From NCBI GenBank assembly GCA_050331735.1, contig JBHJGN010000013.1, positions 1-47,455 on the forward strand: a stretch of DNA of 47,455 nt, read 5' to 3'. The notes under the pieces were generated by a model. That model was not told the DNA's origin. It saw only the letters and a list, made by a program, of their open reading frames with translations, and did not search any database. Below, in pieces: positions 8,598 through 18,555 of the stretch; the stretch's first letter is position 1; the number at the start of each line of letters is the position of its first letter. A program made the position numbers and the translations under genes. The stretch is from Cyanophyceae cyanobacterium (GTDB taxonomy: Bacteria; Cyanobacteriota; Cyanobacteriia; Cyanobacteriales; JBHJGN01).

Positions 8598-10373
8598 CTA
8601 TAGAGCCGGAACGGGAGACCGTTGATGGAAAAAGGCCGTCATGTCTGCTGTTCCTAACGGTTTGCTGAAATAATATCCCTGCATCTCTGAACATCCCAGT
8701 TGGCGCAGAGTCTCTAGCTGCTGTGCTGTTTCTACTCCTTCGGCAACAATACTCAGTCCAAAAGCTTCACCAATAGCGATCGCCGCCCTCGCAATGGTCT
8801 GCGTTGCAGGGTTTCGGTCGAGAGACTGAACGATGGAATGGGCAATTTTCAGTTCGCTGAGGGGAAGCTCCTGTAAATCTGCTAAAGAGAAATAACCGGT
8901 ACCGAAATCATCGAGAGCTACGCCAACGCCCAAATCGCGGAGGGATTGGAGAATACGCCGTGCAGAGCCAACATTTTGCAGAATCGTCGCTTCCGTAATT
9001 TCTAGCCTGAGCCACCGGGGGTCTAATCCAGTATTTTGAAGCATTTGGGCCACCAACTTCACGAGATTGGGCTGCTGAAACTGTTGCCGGGAGAGATTCA
9101 CTCCCATCCGCACCGGCGGTAAACCAGCCTGTTGCCACGCTTTGTTTTGGGCGCAGGCGGCTTGCAGCGTCCAGTTAGCCATCGGCAAGATTAAATTCAT
9201 CTCTTCGGCTAGAGAAATGAAGGTAGACGGCGATACCTGACCAATTTCCGGGTGATGCCAGCGCAAAAAGGCTTCAACTCCAGCAATCTCTTGCGTTTCT
9301 GCCTTGAGCTGGGGTTGGTAGTGGAGCATAAACTCATCTTTGTCAATGGCCTGCTTGAGCTGTTCTGCTAGCTTAAAGCGCTCGCTAGTTCTCACCGTCA
9401 TTTCCGAGCAGTAAAACTGATAGTTGCTAGTCGATTGTTCTTGAGAACGGCGCAGCGCCACTTCAGTTTTGTCAATCAAAGTTTCCGGCGTGTCCGCATC
9501 TTGAGGATAAACAGCAATGCCGAGATGGCTCTTACAGAAAACCTGGTGTCGATCGACCGTGAGGGGGTCGCTAAAAGCTTGCACAATCCGCTGACCGACT
9601 TTAGCCGCATCTTCGGCCAGCCGAATTTGAGGCAGCAGTACGGCTAGCGTCTCGGCTTGCCAGTGAGCCAGCAAATCGCCGGAGCGGAGACACGACTGGA
9701 CGCGATCAGCAAATCCCCTCAGCAACGAGGGTTTAACTCGTTCTAGGGGTTTATTGCTGTCTGAATGCAGCGCTACCAGCAGGACGCCTAAATTGCTCTG
9801 GTGTCTTTGGGCAAGGGCAAAAGTGGTAGCAAGGTGTTCTTTAAAGAGGATTTGATTCGGTAGATTGGTGACCGAGTGATAAATAGTTTGTTCTAAGCTC
9901 GTCTCAGCCGAATGAGGGTTCAACGGCAAAAGAGCCGGACTGATAGCGCCGGCAGCCTGCTCTTGAGAGTTATCTAATAGCTCGATTTGAGCCAGCAAAT
10001 CTAAATTAGAGAGAATGTAGTAACAGGCTTTGAATCCGTTTTCAAAATCGATGTTGTCGCCGTGCTTGAGTTCGCGAATAAAGCTGCGTTTTTGATTGAC
10101 GACAATTCCTTTACGGGCCTTGCGGCTCTGAGACTGATTGCAAAGCAGGAGAAAAGAGCAGCTATTGGTTTTTGTGTCGGTTCTTCTCACGATTGAAGCT
10201 AGCTCTGCCGCAGAATTGCCAGCTTGGTCGGTGCGCCCTTTAGCTAGGACCGTGAGAGCATTATTTAAGTAGCTCACGGAGTAGACGGGAGCCTCTAGGG
10301 AGACGGTCTGCCGAGTTTCGTTGCTTTCAATCAGCAGAATATGACGAATGGACTGTAGATGATCTGTGGACAT
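8598..10373 (-). CDS. Degenerate FHA + degenerate GGDEF + EAL protein
   Basis: GGDEF site reads QAETL; EAF, DDFGTG, VAEGVET, QGYYF; paralog of 10438-12312. Confidence 0.88.
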   Translation of the reverse strand: MSTDHLQSIRHILLIESNETRQTVSLEAPVYSVSYLNNALTVLAKGRTDQAGNSAAELASIVRRTDTKTNSCSFLLLCNQSQSRKARKGIVVNQKRSFIRELKHGDNIDFENGFKACYYILSNLDLLAQIELLDNSQEQAAGAISPALLPLNPHSAETSLEQTIYHSVTNLPNQILFKEHLATTFALAQRHQSNLGVLLVALHSDSNKPLERVKPSLLRGFADRVQSCLRSGDLLAHWQAETLAVLLPQIRLAEDAAKVGQRIVQAFSDPLTVDRHQVFCKSHLGIAVYPQDADTPETLIDKTEVALRRSQEQSTSNYQFYCSEMTVRTSERFKLAEQLKQAIDKDEFMLHYQPQLKAETQEIAGVEAFLRWHHPEIGQVSPSTFISLAEEMNLILPMANWTLQAACAQNKAWQQAGLPPVRMGVNLSRQQFQQPNLVKLVAQMLQNTGLDPRWLRLEITEATILQNVGSARRILQSLRDLGVGVALDDFGTGYFSLADLQELPLSELKIAHSIVQSLDRNPATQTIARAAIAIGEAFGLSIVAEGVETAQQLETLRQLGCSEMQGYYFSKPLGTADMTAFFHQRSPVPAL

Positions 10374-10437
10374 AGTGAGAGCCTTAGAGTCGCCAGAGAC
10401 GATAATTGTTAAAGAATGTTTAAATTAGGGTCTGCCA

Positions 10438-12312
10438 TTACAGATGCGGCTGGAGATCGCTGATGTCTTCGAACTTCGTGGAAGACAAGCGCTGGAGCAG
10501 TTGAGCAATTTTGTCTGCCTGGAGCGGATAGCTCAGCCGATATCCCTGCATTTCTTCGCATTCGAGACGACGCAAAAGCTCTAGCTGCTCGGTTGTTTCT
10601 ACTCCTTCTGCCACCACTCTAAGATTAAAAATGCGCCCCAAAGCAATGGTGGCAGCAATCATGGTTTCATTCTGAGGATTGCCAATCTGCTGAATCAAGG
10701 AACGATCGATTTTGACTCCGTGAAAGGGAAATTCCTTGAGATGATTGAGAGAAGAATTGCCGAGACCAAAATCATCAATAGAAGTATAAATCTGCATGGC
10801 CCGAAGCTGTTGTAGGGCGCGGCGGGCAAATTCGGTATTGCTGTGCAGGGCAGCTTCGGTAATTTCTAACTCTAGCCAGTGGGGGTCAAGCGCCGTTTGT
10901 TGCAGCACTTGGGCAATCATATCGACTAGGTTGGGCTGTTGAAACTGATGAGGAGACAGGTTGACCGAAACTCGGAGCGGTGGTAGCTTTTCTTGCTGCC
11001 AAGCTTTGGCTTGAGCGCAAGCTGTTTTGAGTACCCACTCGTTGATGGCAGCGGTGAGGCCAAATTTCTCGGCGAGCGCAATCAGCTCGACCGGAGTGAC
11101 CTGACCAAACTCTGGATGACACCAGCGTATCAGGGCTTCTACCCCATAAATTACTTTTTGGGTGAAGTTGATTTGGGGCTGGTAGTGGAGCGAGAATTCT
11201 TGGCGTTCAAGGGCTCGATGAAGTCCATTTTCTAACTTCAGCAGCGTGGCTGCTTTGGAGGCGATCGCACTGCTGTAGAACTGATACCCGGCTTTCTGTT
11301 GGCGCGTCAGCGCTTCTTCTGCTCGCCGAAGCAGCGTTTTGCTGGTTTCTCCGTCCTGCGGATAAACCGCGATCCCGATGGTGCTTTCCACTGGCAGGCT
11401 GTGGTGTTCCACCTCCAGCGGAGTTCTAAAAGCGTCAGCAATTCTCCGGCAAACCCGCACCGTGTTTTCTGCCTCCTTTACCTGCGGAAGCAAAATGGCA
11501 AAGGTTTTGCCTTCCCAGTGAGCAAAGATATCCCCAGAACGCAGGCAGGACTTAACTCGTTGAGCAAAGCCCTGCAGCAAGGCCGCGTTTTCACCTGAGA
11601 TATCGCGCAGACGTTCAAACGGGTCTAATCGAATGTATAGAACAGCACTTTGGGTTTGGTGACGTTTGGCGAGGTCGAGGGTTGTCGAGAGCTGTTCTTC
11701 AAACAGAGTCCGGCTCGGTAGGTTGGTGACAGCATCAAGAAATTCATTCTGCCGTCGATGCGGTTCCGGTGTGGCCTCTGTGCGCTGAGTGACGAGGGAG
11801 CGATCACGCTTAGCTGAGGCGGATAGCGGTTCCTGGTTGTGGTCAATTAAAGTAGGATGAGGGGACTTTGCTTGGGCGCGAGAGAGCGGTGAATTGGATG
11901 ACAAGCCTGGCAACTCAACGTCTGAAGCCATCTCTGACTGGAGAAAAACGTAGTAGTGAGCGCGAATTTCCGGGCTAAAGTCAATGACATCTCCATGCTT
12001 GAGTTCCTGGACTAAGCATTTCTTGTGATTGACTAAAATCCCGTTTTTACTTCTGTTTCCCTGGAGGTCTCCATCTAAAACCCAAAAGGAAGAGCTGTTG
12101 TGTTTATCGGTGCGTCGAATAATCGTGGCATGATGCCGCGAGACCTGTGGAGAAGAAATGATAATCGAACTGTGGGGAGAACGACCAATCGAGTAAGTCG
12201 GATTTTCTAGATAAACAGTTTTCTTGGAATTTTCGCTTTCGACAATAATTAGATGACGAACAGATTGGGAAGCGTTTTCCAAAGGGGGAGCTAGTTCTTT
12301 CATGTTTTCCAC
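10438..12312 (-). CDS. FHA + degenerate GGDEF + EAL c-di-GMP phosphodiesterase
   Basis: FHA IGR...SRHHA...SKNG; GGDEF site reads EGKTF; EAL, DDFG, KIDRS, AEGVET. Confidence 0.9.
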   Translation of the reverse strand: MENMKELAPPLENASQSVRHLIIVESENSKKTVYLENPTYSIGRSPHSSIIISSPQVSRHHATIIRRTDKHNSSSFWVLDGDLQGNRSKNGILVNHKKCLVQELKHGDVIDFSPEIRAHYYVFLQSEMASDVELPGLSSNSPLSRAQAKSPHPTLIDHNQEPLSASAKRDRSLVTQRTEATPEPHRRQNEFLDAVTNLPSRTLFEEQLSTTLDLAKRHQTQSAVLYIRLDPFERLRDISGENAALLQGFAQRVKSCLRSGDIFAHWEGKTFAILLPQVKEAENTVRVCRRIADAFRTPLEVEHHSLPVESTIGIAVYPQDGETSKTLLRRAEEALTRQQKAGYQFYSSAIASKAATLLKLENGLHRALERQEFSLHYQPQINFTQKVIYGVEALIRWCHPEFGQVTPVELIALAEKFGLTAAINEWVLKTACAQAKAWQQEKLPPLRVSVNLSPHQFQQPNLVDMIAQVLQQTALDPHWLELEITEAALHSNTEFARRALQQLRAMQIYTSIDDFGLGNSSLNHLKEFPFHGVKIDRSLIQQIGNPQNETMIAATIALGRIFNLRVVAEGVETTEQLELLRRLECEEMQGYRLSYPLQADKIAQLLQRLSSTKFEDISDLQPHL

Positions 12313-12719
12313 AGCAATTAACGAAAAGAAGCAGTTCCGCCTGGAAACTCCTCTTTTGTTGCTCTTCGCTTTCTTTTTAGGGATGCCGGAATAAGCTCAT
12401 CTTAAAGCACCCAATGGTACTAAGCCTGGTGGCGATTACGGAGATTGCTCAGCTCCTACAAAAAGTTTCAGTAAGTTTACCGAGAGTTCTCCAGGCTGAG
12501 GAGCGGCGACAGACCTCAGCGGACAAGGGCGATCGCTTCTGTATCTGCATCCCTCAGAGGGGCTCCTTGAGTGCCTCCGCCGCCGGGAAAGCTGCGCTTT
12601 CAGCTCCCCCTTGGTTTCCTCTGACTTCGTAAATATCTGTATAATCTTTGCAGGTTGGCTTCCCGGCGCTGTACGGCGGGGCTGCCTCTAACTTCGTTCA
12701 GTGGCGCACGAATATCGAC

Positions 12720-13727
12720 ATGAGTAAGCAGCGAGTTCTCTCTCTAGTCCAGCCTACCGGCAATCTTCACCTCGGCAATTATTTAGGAGCAATTCGGAAC
12801 TGGGTAGAGATTCAAGACCAGTATCAAAATTTCTTTGGCATGGCAGATTTACATGCCATCACTGTTCCCCACGATCCAGCCTTGCTTGCCAACAACACCC
12901 TGCAAACAGCGGCCATATATCTTGCTTGTGGCCTCGATTTGAAGTCCACCACAATTTTTGTTCAATCTCACGTGACGGCCCACAGCGAACTGGCCTGGCT
13001 ACTCAACTGCATTACTCCCCTCAACTGGCTAGAGCGCATGATTCAGTTTAAAGAAAAAGCCATCAAGCAGGGAGAAAACGTCAGCGTCGGCTTGCTCGAT
13101 TATCCAGTGTTAATGGCGGCAGATATCCTGCTTTACGATGCGGATTGCGTTCCCGTTGGGGAAGATCAAAAACAACATTTAGAGCTAACCCGCGACATTG
13201 CTATCAGGGTCAACGACCGCTTCGGTCAAGGCGAGCCAGTGCTGAAGCTTCCTGAACCGATGATTCGCCCAGAAGGAGCACGGGTAATGAGCTTAACCGA
13301 TGGAACGCGCAAAATGTCTAAATCCGATCCTGCGGAAATGAGCCGGATTAATTTGCTCGATCCTCCTCCAGAAATCCACAAGAAGATCAAGCGCTGTAAA
13401 ACCGATCCAATTAAAGGATTAACCTTCGACGATCCCGAACGTCCCGAGTGCCACAACCTCCTGACTCTCTACACTCTCCTTTCCGGTCAATCTAAAGAGG
13501 CGGTGGCCGCCGAATGTCGAGATATGGGGTGGGGGCAGTTCAAGCCATTACTCGCAGAGACGACCATTGCAGCGCTCAAACCCATTCAGGAGAAATATCA
13601 GGAGATAATGAATCAGAGAGACTTTCTCCACTCCGTTCTGCGAGAGGGCCGTCAGCAGGCCGAAGCCGTGGCCAATCAAACCCTCTCCAGAGTCAAAGAA
13701 GCTCTTGGTTACTTACCGCCCCTGTAG
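12720..13727 (+). CDS. trpS: Tryptophan--tRNA ligase
   Basis: QPTGNLHLGNY, KMSKS, VPVGEDQKQH; start ATG 12720; TATAAT at 12640-12645. Confidence 0.97.
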   Translation: MSKQRVLSLVQPTGNLHLGNYLGAIRNWVEIQDQYQNFFGMADLHAITVPHDPALLANNTLQTAAIYLACGLDLKSTTIFVQSHVTAHSELAWLLNCITPLNWLERMIQFKEKAIKQGENVSVGLLDYPVLMAADILLYDADCVPVGEDQKQHLELTRDIAIRVNDRFGQGEPVLKLPEPMIRPEGARVMSLTDGTRKMSKSDPAEMSRINLLDPPPEIHKKIKRCKTDPIKGLTFDDPERPECHNLLTLYTLLSGQSKEAVAAECRDMGWGQFKPLLAETTIAALKPIQEKYQEIMNQRDFLHSVLREGRQQAEAVANQTLSRVKEALGYLPPL

Positions 13728-13799
13728 AGCAGGTGGTTTCAAGAGCAAGCTACTGATAACCGATCCTGCAAACCTCACTACTCACTCCTCTAATTGACT

Positions 13800-14711
13800 A
13801 TGACCAATCGTTTTCGTCGTGCTGTTGAAGCCCAAGAATTTTTAATCACTGCGGAAGTGGCACCGCCCAAAGGAGGCAACCCGGCACATACCTTGGCGAT
13901 GGCTCAATCTCTTCAAGGACGAGTTCACGCCGTCAATGTTACCGACGGCAGTCGGGCTGTGCTGCGGATGTCGTCGGTGGCAGCATCAGCAATTTTAGGG
14001 CAGCACGGCATTGAGCCAATCTGTCAATTTGCCTGTCGCGATCGCAACTGCATTGCTCTCCAAGCCGATTTGATGGGGGCACACGCCCTTGGCATTCGCA
14101 ATATCCTAGCGCTGACAGGAGATCCGGTCAAAGCAGGAGATCATAAAAAGTCTAAAGCGGTATTTGAGCTAGAGTCAGTGCGTCTCCTGAAGCTGATCCA
14201 GGCGCTCAATACCGGCTTCGACTTCAACCACAAACCGCTCGTAGACGAACCCACCAATCTGTTTCCCGGGGCAGCCGTCGATCCGCAGCTCAAAAGCTGG
14301 TCAAGCTTGCAAAAGCGCTTCGAGCGTAAGCTGGAGGCCGGAGCACAGTTTTTTCAAAGCCAAATGATTACAGACTTTGAGCGCTTCGATAAGTTTATGA
14401 CTCAGATAGCGGCGGCAACCGATAAACCGGTTCTGGCCGGCATCTTTCTGCTCAAGTCTGCTAAAAATGCTCACTTTATCAATCGCTGTGTTCCGGGAGT
14501 CAATATTCCGGATGCAACCATCGAGCGGCTAGCAACGGCAACCGATCCGCTCACCGAAGGCATGAAAATTGCGGCAGAACAGGTTAAGCTAGCGCGGCAG
14601 CTCTGTCACGGCGTCCACATGATGGCTGTCAAAAAAGAAAATTTGATTCCACAAATCCTGGAAATGGCGGAAGTTGCTCCGGTAGAATCCCCCGCAGCGG
14701 TGAGGGTTTAA
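13800..14711 (+). CDS. metF: Methylenetetrahydrofolate reductase
   Basis: ITAEVAPPKG, CRDRN, ILALTGD, GAQFFQSQ. Confidence 0.9.
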   Translation: MTNRFRRAVEAQEFLITAEVAPPKGGNPAHTLAMAQSLQGRVHAVNVTDGSRAVLRMSSVAASAILGQHGIEPICQFACRDRNCIALQADLMGAHALGIRNILALTGDPVKAGDHKKSKAVFELESVRLLKLIQALNTGFDFNHKPLVDEPTNLFPGAAVDPQLKSWSSLQKRFERKLEAGAQFFQSQMITDFERFDKFMTQIAAATDKPVLAGIFLLKSAKNAHFINRCVPGVNIPDATIERLATATDPLTEGMKIAAEQVKLARQLCHGVHMMAVKKENLIPQILEMAEVAPVESPAAVRV

Positions 14712-14880
14712 GGACGCTGGCCCTGAAAATACAGAGCGTCAGCACCAGTGGGACAAAATTAGCTACCATAAATAGTGTGGCCATCAGCTAGCTTCCAACA
14801 CTCTCAAAAGATTGACAAATCACTGGAAATACAAAGCTTCTGATCTACTTCTGCCATCGGTATCTCGTTGTTTCCAAAAC

Positions 14881-15588
14881 ATGCAGCAATCGGCTCTGAA
14901 TCTTCTTGCCATTGGTATTTTTACAATTACTTTCTCGATCCTCCTGGGACCGTTCCTTCGTATCTCGCCCGCCGTTCCAGCAGTAGCTACTTTTGGGATC
15001 TTGAGTCTGGTAACTGTCGATACTCTGGGATGGAACAGTCGTGGCGTTACTCTTCTGTTAGATACTCTAGCTTCGGCAGAACATCGCGAACGGGTGATTC
15101 GTCATGAAGCCGGACACTTTCTCGCAGCTTATTTTCTGGGCATTCCCATTACTGGCTATACGCTGAGCGCTTGGGAAGCCTGGAAGCAAGGTCAGCCCGG
15201 ACTTGGGGGCGTGGAGTTGGATACTTCCGGTTTGCTGAAGACAGCGCAGCTTGCCTCCGTCCAGGCACTAGCCGTCGATGCCCCTAGCAATCGTCTGATT
15301 GTCGACCGATTTTGCACCGTGTGGATGGCAGGCGTAGCCGCAGAAAAGCTAGTGTATGCTCGCTCGGAAGGCGGCGATGAAGATCGACAAAAAATTAGGG
15401 AAGTGCTGAAGTTAGTTGGCTCTCCCCACCAGTCTCAGCAAAAGGAAGACTGGGCTTTGTTGCAGGCAAAAAGCTTAATTGACAAGCATCGGGAGGCCTA
15501 CGAAGCGTTGGTTATAGCCATGACCAAGCGGGCTTCAGTGACCGAATGCGCTCAGGCTATTCAACAACAGACGGCAGGTGGGAGTTAA
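14881..15588 (+). CDS. Peptidase M41-like membrane Zn metalloprotease
   Basis: N-terminal TMs, RVIRHEAGHFL, MAGVAAE, GGDED. Confidence 0.85.
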   Translation: MQQSALNLLAIGIFTITFSILLGPFLRISPAVPAVATFGILSLVTVDTLGWNSRGVTLLLDTLASAEHRERVIRHEAGHFLAAYFLGIPITGYTLSAWEAWKQGQPGLGGVELDTSGLLKTAQLASVQALAVDAPSNRLIVDRFCTVWMAGVAAEKLVYARSEGGDEDRQKIREVLKLVGSPHQSQQKEDWALLQAKSLIDKHREAYEALVIAMTKRASVTECAQAIQQQTAGGS

Positions 15589-16531
15589 CGGTTAGTTTAA
15601 CAATCGCCGCCACCGCTCTCGCTCTGTTGAAATACATCAGCTTAGCCCAGTAGATCAGGCTACTCGGACACCGCACCGATGAGCTAATCAGCCTGAGGCC
15701 CATCGCAATCTTTTTGTTTTTGAGGCTCACCAATCCCCAATGGAGTTTCAAAAAGGCAATAATCACGTCCAGAGGAGGCAAACGCAGATCGTCTTGCTGA
15801 GGAACTAGCTGATACAGTTTTTTTTTAATGAGAATGTTCATCTCTAGTCGTTCCTGAAGTGGCAGGTTGCCCGAACAGTTGCCTGACCAGATCGTGCGAT
15901 ACACTAGAGGCTGATTGAGCAACACTGCATCTCCATACTGCGTAATCCGCATCCAGAATTCTGTATCGTCGTAGTTCCCGTCAAAGGCTGAATCCCACCC
16001 CCCCGACTGCAGAAAAGCATGACGATTGACCGCGACCTGAACTGGCGTCCCAAACGCTAATCTTTCTAGCAGCATTCCGTAGTGAATGTTGGCCTGCGGA
16101 ATGAAAACAACGTTTTGGAGACCAAGTGGCAGAGTCCGACGTCGGGGAACATTGTGTTCGTTGACGTAAATTGCTTGACAGGAGGCGATCGCCGCCTGCG
16201 GGAATTTGGCGACGGCGGCAGCCATTTTTTCAACGCACTCGGGAGCAAGGTAGTCGTCGTCGTCCAGGAATTTAATCCATTCTCCCCTAGCAACGCTCAC
16301 TCCGGCATTGATACTTCGCGAATGGCCAAGATTATAGCGGTTGCGAACGGTAATAATAGCGTTGCCTAATTGAGTTAGGTATGCTTCAGTGCCATCTTGA
16401 GAAGCATCATCAACCACGACAACCTGACAAGGATAGGTCTGAGTCAAGGCAGACTCCACGGCTCGTTTAAGCCACGTTATTCGGTTGTGGGTTGTAATCA
16501 CAATCGTAAAGTTAATCAAGACAAGCCCCAA
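15557..16531 (-). CDS. Glycosyltransferase family 2
   Basis: VITTHNR, VVVDDAS, FLDDDD. Confidence 0.9.
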   Translation of the reverse strand: MGLVLINFTIVITTHNRITWLKRAVESALTQTYPCQVVVVDDASQDGTEAYLTQLGNAIITVRNRYNLGHSRSINAGVSVARGEWIKFLDDDDYLAPECVEKMAAAVAKFPQAAIASCQAIYVNEHNVPRRRTLPLGLQNVVFIPQANIHYGMLLERLAFGTPVQVAVNRHAFLQSGGWDSAFDGNYDDTEFWMRITQYGDAVLLNQPLVYRTIWSGNCSGNLPLQERLEMNILIKKKLYQLVPQQDDLRLPPLDVIIAFLKLHWGLVSLKNKKIAMGLRLISSSVRCPSSLIYWAKLMYFNRARAVAAIVKLTVNSHLPSVVE

Positions 16532-16759
16532 GAATGGCTTCTAGACGAGTACCGCTCCTATGGGGTTATATCACAATTCCCACCCGCTTTCTAGCTCTTA
16601 GCAACAATTACTCTTTTGTCTGTCACCAGTTTTTGAAGAGTCCGCTGCTCAATCCTCCTCACCCGGATTCCTAACAAAAGTGCTTTTGACCCCCTCCTCT
16701 CCTGGTGCTCAAACTCTAGCGAGCTGAACGCAGCACCCGGAAATTCTTCCCGGGAATAT

Positions 16760-18190
16760 CTAGTAGGCTCCTTTTTTCGTCAAAACAACATTGACAGTTT
16801 TTAACAAAATTTGAAAATCCAGCGCCAGACTCCAGTGCTGAATATAAGCCAGGTCCAGATAAAAAATTTCTTCTGAATCTGTATTTGAGCGGCCCGATAC
16901 CTGCCAAAGTCCAGTGATTCCCGGCAAGATCTCGTGTCGGAGGAAATGCTGTTTAGAAAAGCGTTCTACATCTCTGAGCGGTAGCGGACGTGGGCCAACC
17001 AGGCTCATTTCTCCACGCAGGACATTAAAAAGTTGCGGCAGCTCATCTAAACTATACTGACGAAGATACTTTCCAACGCGAGTGATGCGCGGATCTTCCT
17101 TGATTTTAAACAAAACACCACCTTTCACTTCATTCTGAGCCTCTAGCTGCTGCTGATATTTACTGGCGTCCTTGATCATTGTGCGGAATTTCCACACCTC
17201 AAACTGTTTGCCTTTTAAACCAACCCGCGCCTGCTTATAGAAAATGGGGCCTGGCGAGTCTAGTCTAATCAATAAAGCGATCGCCAGCATTGGCAAACTC
17301 AACAGCAGCAAGACAAAGACCGAGACGGTTAAATCAAAGCTGCGCTTCAGCCAGAATTCACTACCGATGAGAGGAGGAGAATTGAATCGTAGCGTGGTAA
17401 ATCCTCCAATCATTTTGATCTCCGACCACTGCCGAGGAATATCCAAACTAATCGGGACAATCCGTAGCTGAATTCCCGCCGATTTAAGCGCCCAAAACAG
17501 AAATATGGGTTCTTTAATCGACTGCCACGAACACACAAAGACTTCAGCAATATCGCTACTGCGAATTTGGGCCAACGTTTTTGCCCACTGCTCCGGATGA
17601 TCTTGAGCCGCTAAATCTGCCGTTCCTTGAACACAAAACTGTTCCGTCCGCTTCAGCAACTTCTTCGCCTGTTCAATTTCGTGAGGATGACCCAAAATAA
17701 AGATTGGCTGCTTAAAAGCGCGATATTTTTCCCGCAGGGCCACGACTGCTGAATGCAGCAACAGGCGCTCGCTACCGACAAAAATGAGCGATAAAAACCA
17801 CGCTAGCAAGAAGACAGAACGGGACACCCAAACTCCAGGCTGATACAGAAACGCCATCAGTAACAAGACGATCTGCACTAAGGTCAGCACCTTAAACAAG
17901 TTGGGAAAGCTGCGGCGCTTATCGTCAGTGCTGTAAAGACCGGAAGCATAAAGAATTCCAATGCTGACAACGAGAATCGGCAACAGAAAACCGGGCTGTT
18001 CGGCGGTTCCCAGCAAACTAAAGGTTTTAATGGATGTTCCTAGATATTCTGCAATCAGCCATGCTAGAGAGATTGATAAAGCATCGAGGACAAGAAGAAT
18101 CGATACGCGTACCCAGCCTAGGACTGATAAAGCACTGATCTTAGTAATGATTGAGGCTCTAATATCTCTCACGGTATGCATCTTATCCAA
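16760..18190 (-). CDS. Priming sugar transferase (WcaJ/WbaP-like polyprenyl glycosylphosphotransferase)
   Basis: KRSFDL, KFRTM, DPRITRVG, DELPQLFNV, GEMSLVGPRP, PGITGLWQVSGR. Confidence 0.93.
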   Translation of the reverse strand: MDKMHTVRDIRASIITKISALSVLGWVRVSILLVLDALSISLAWLIAEYLGTSIKTFSLLGTAEQPGFLLPILVVSIGILYASGLYSTDDKRRSFPNLFKVLTLVQIVLLLMAFLYQPGVWVSRSVFLLAWFLSLIFVGSERLLLHSAVVALREKYRAFKQPIFILGHPHEIEQAKKLLKRTEQFCVQGTADLAAQDHPEQWAKTLAQIRSSDIAEVFVCSWQSIKEPIFLFWALKSAGIQLRIVPISLDIPRQWSEIKMIGGFTTLRFNSPPLIGSEFWLKRSFDLTVSVFVLLLLSLPMLAIALLIRLDSPGPIFYKQARVGLKGKQFEVWKFRTMIKDASKYQQQLEAQNEVKGGVLFKIKEDPRITRVGKYLRQYSLDELPQLFNVLRGEMSLVGPRPLPLRDVERFSKQHFLRHEILPGITGLWQVSGRSNTDSEEIFYLDLAYIQHWSLALDFQILLKTVNVVLTKKGAY

Positions 18191-18555
18191 ATTGCTGACG
18201 ACAGATAATGATACGACTTGCTACTTCAACAGAATGCTAACAGCTCGGGAACTCAACTGAGTCGGCTTGTCTTTGTCGCTGGGGTCAATTTTTCACACAC
18301 TAATATAGTTCAGCCCCCTTAAGACTGTTATTAATTCCTCCACCACACTGCTATCTTCACTGAAATTCTACTTAATAATATCGTCTAGATATAAAAAATC
18401 GAAAAGTGTCTGACCTAGATTCTATCAAGTCAAAAAAAGCGCTGTTGTAGAATCCTTAATAGCATCAACTCCTCTAAGCGCCAGCAGTTTCATGACCAAC
18501 GCTGCCATGAAGCGCTGATGAATGGGAGCTGATTTTTGCCTGAGCGATCGCCGAG

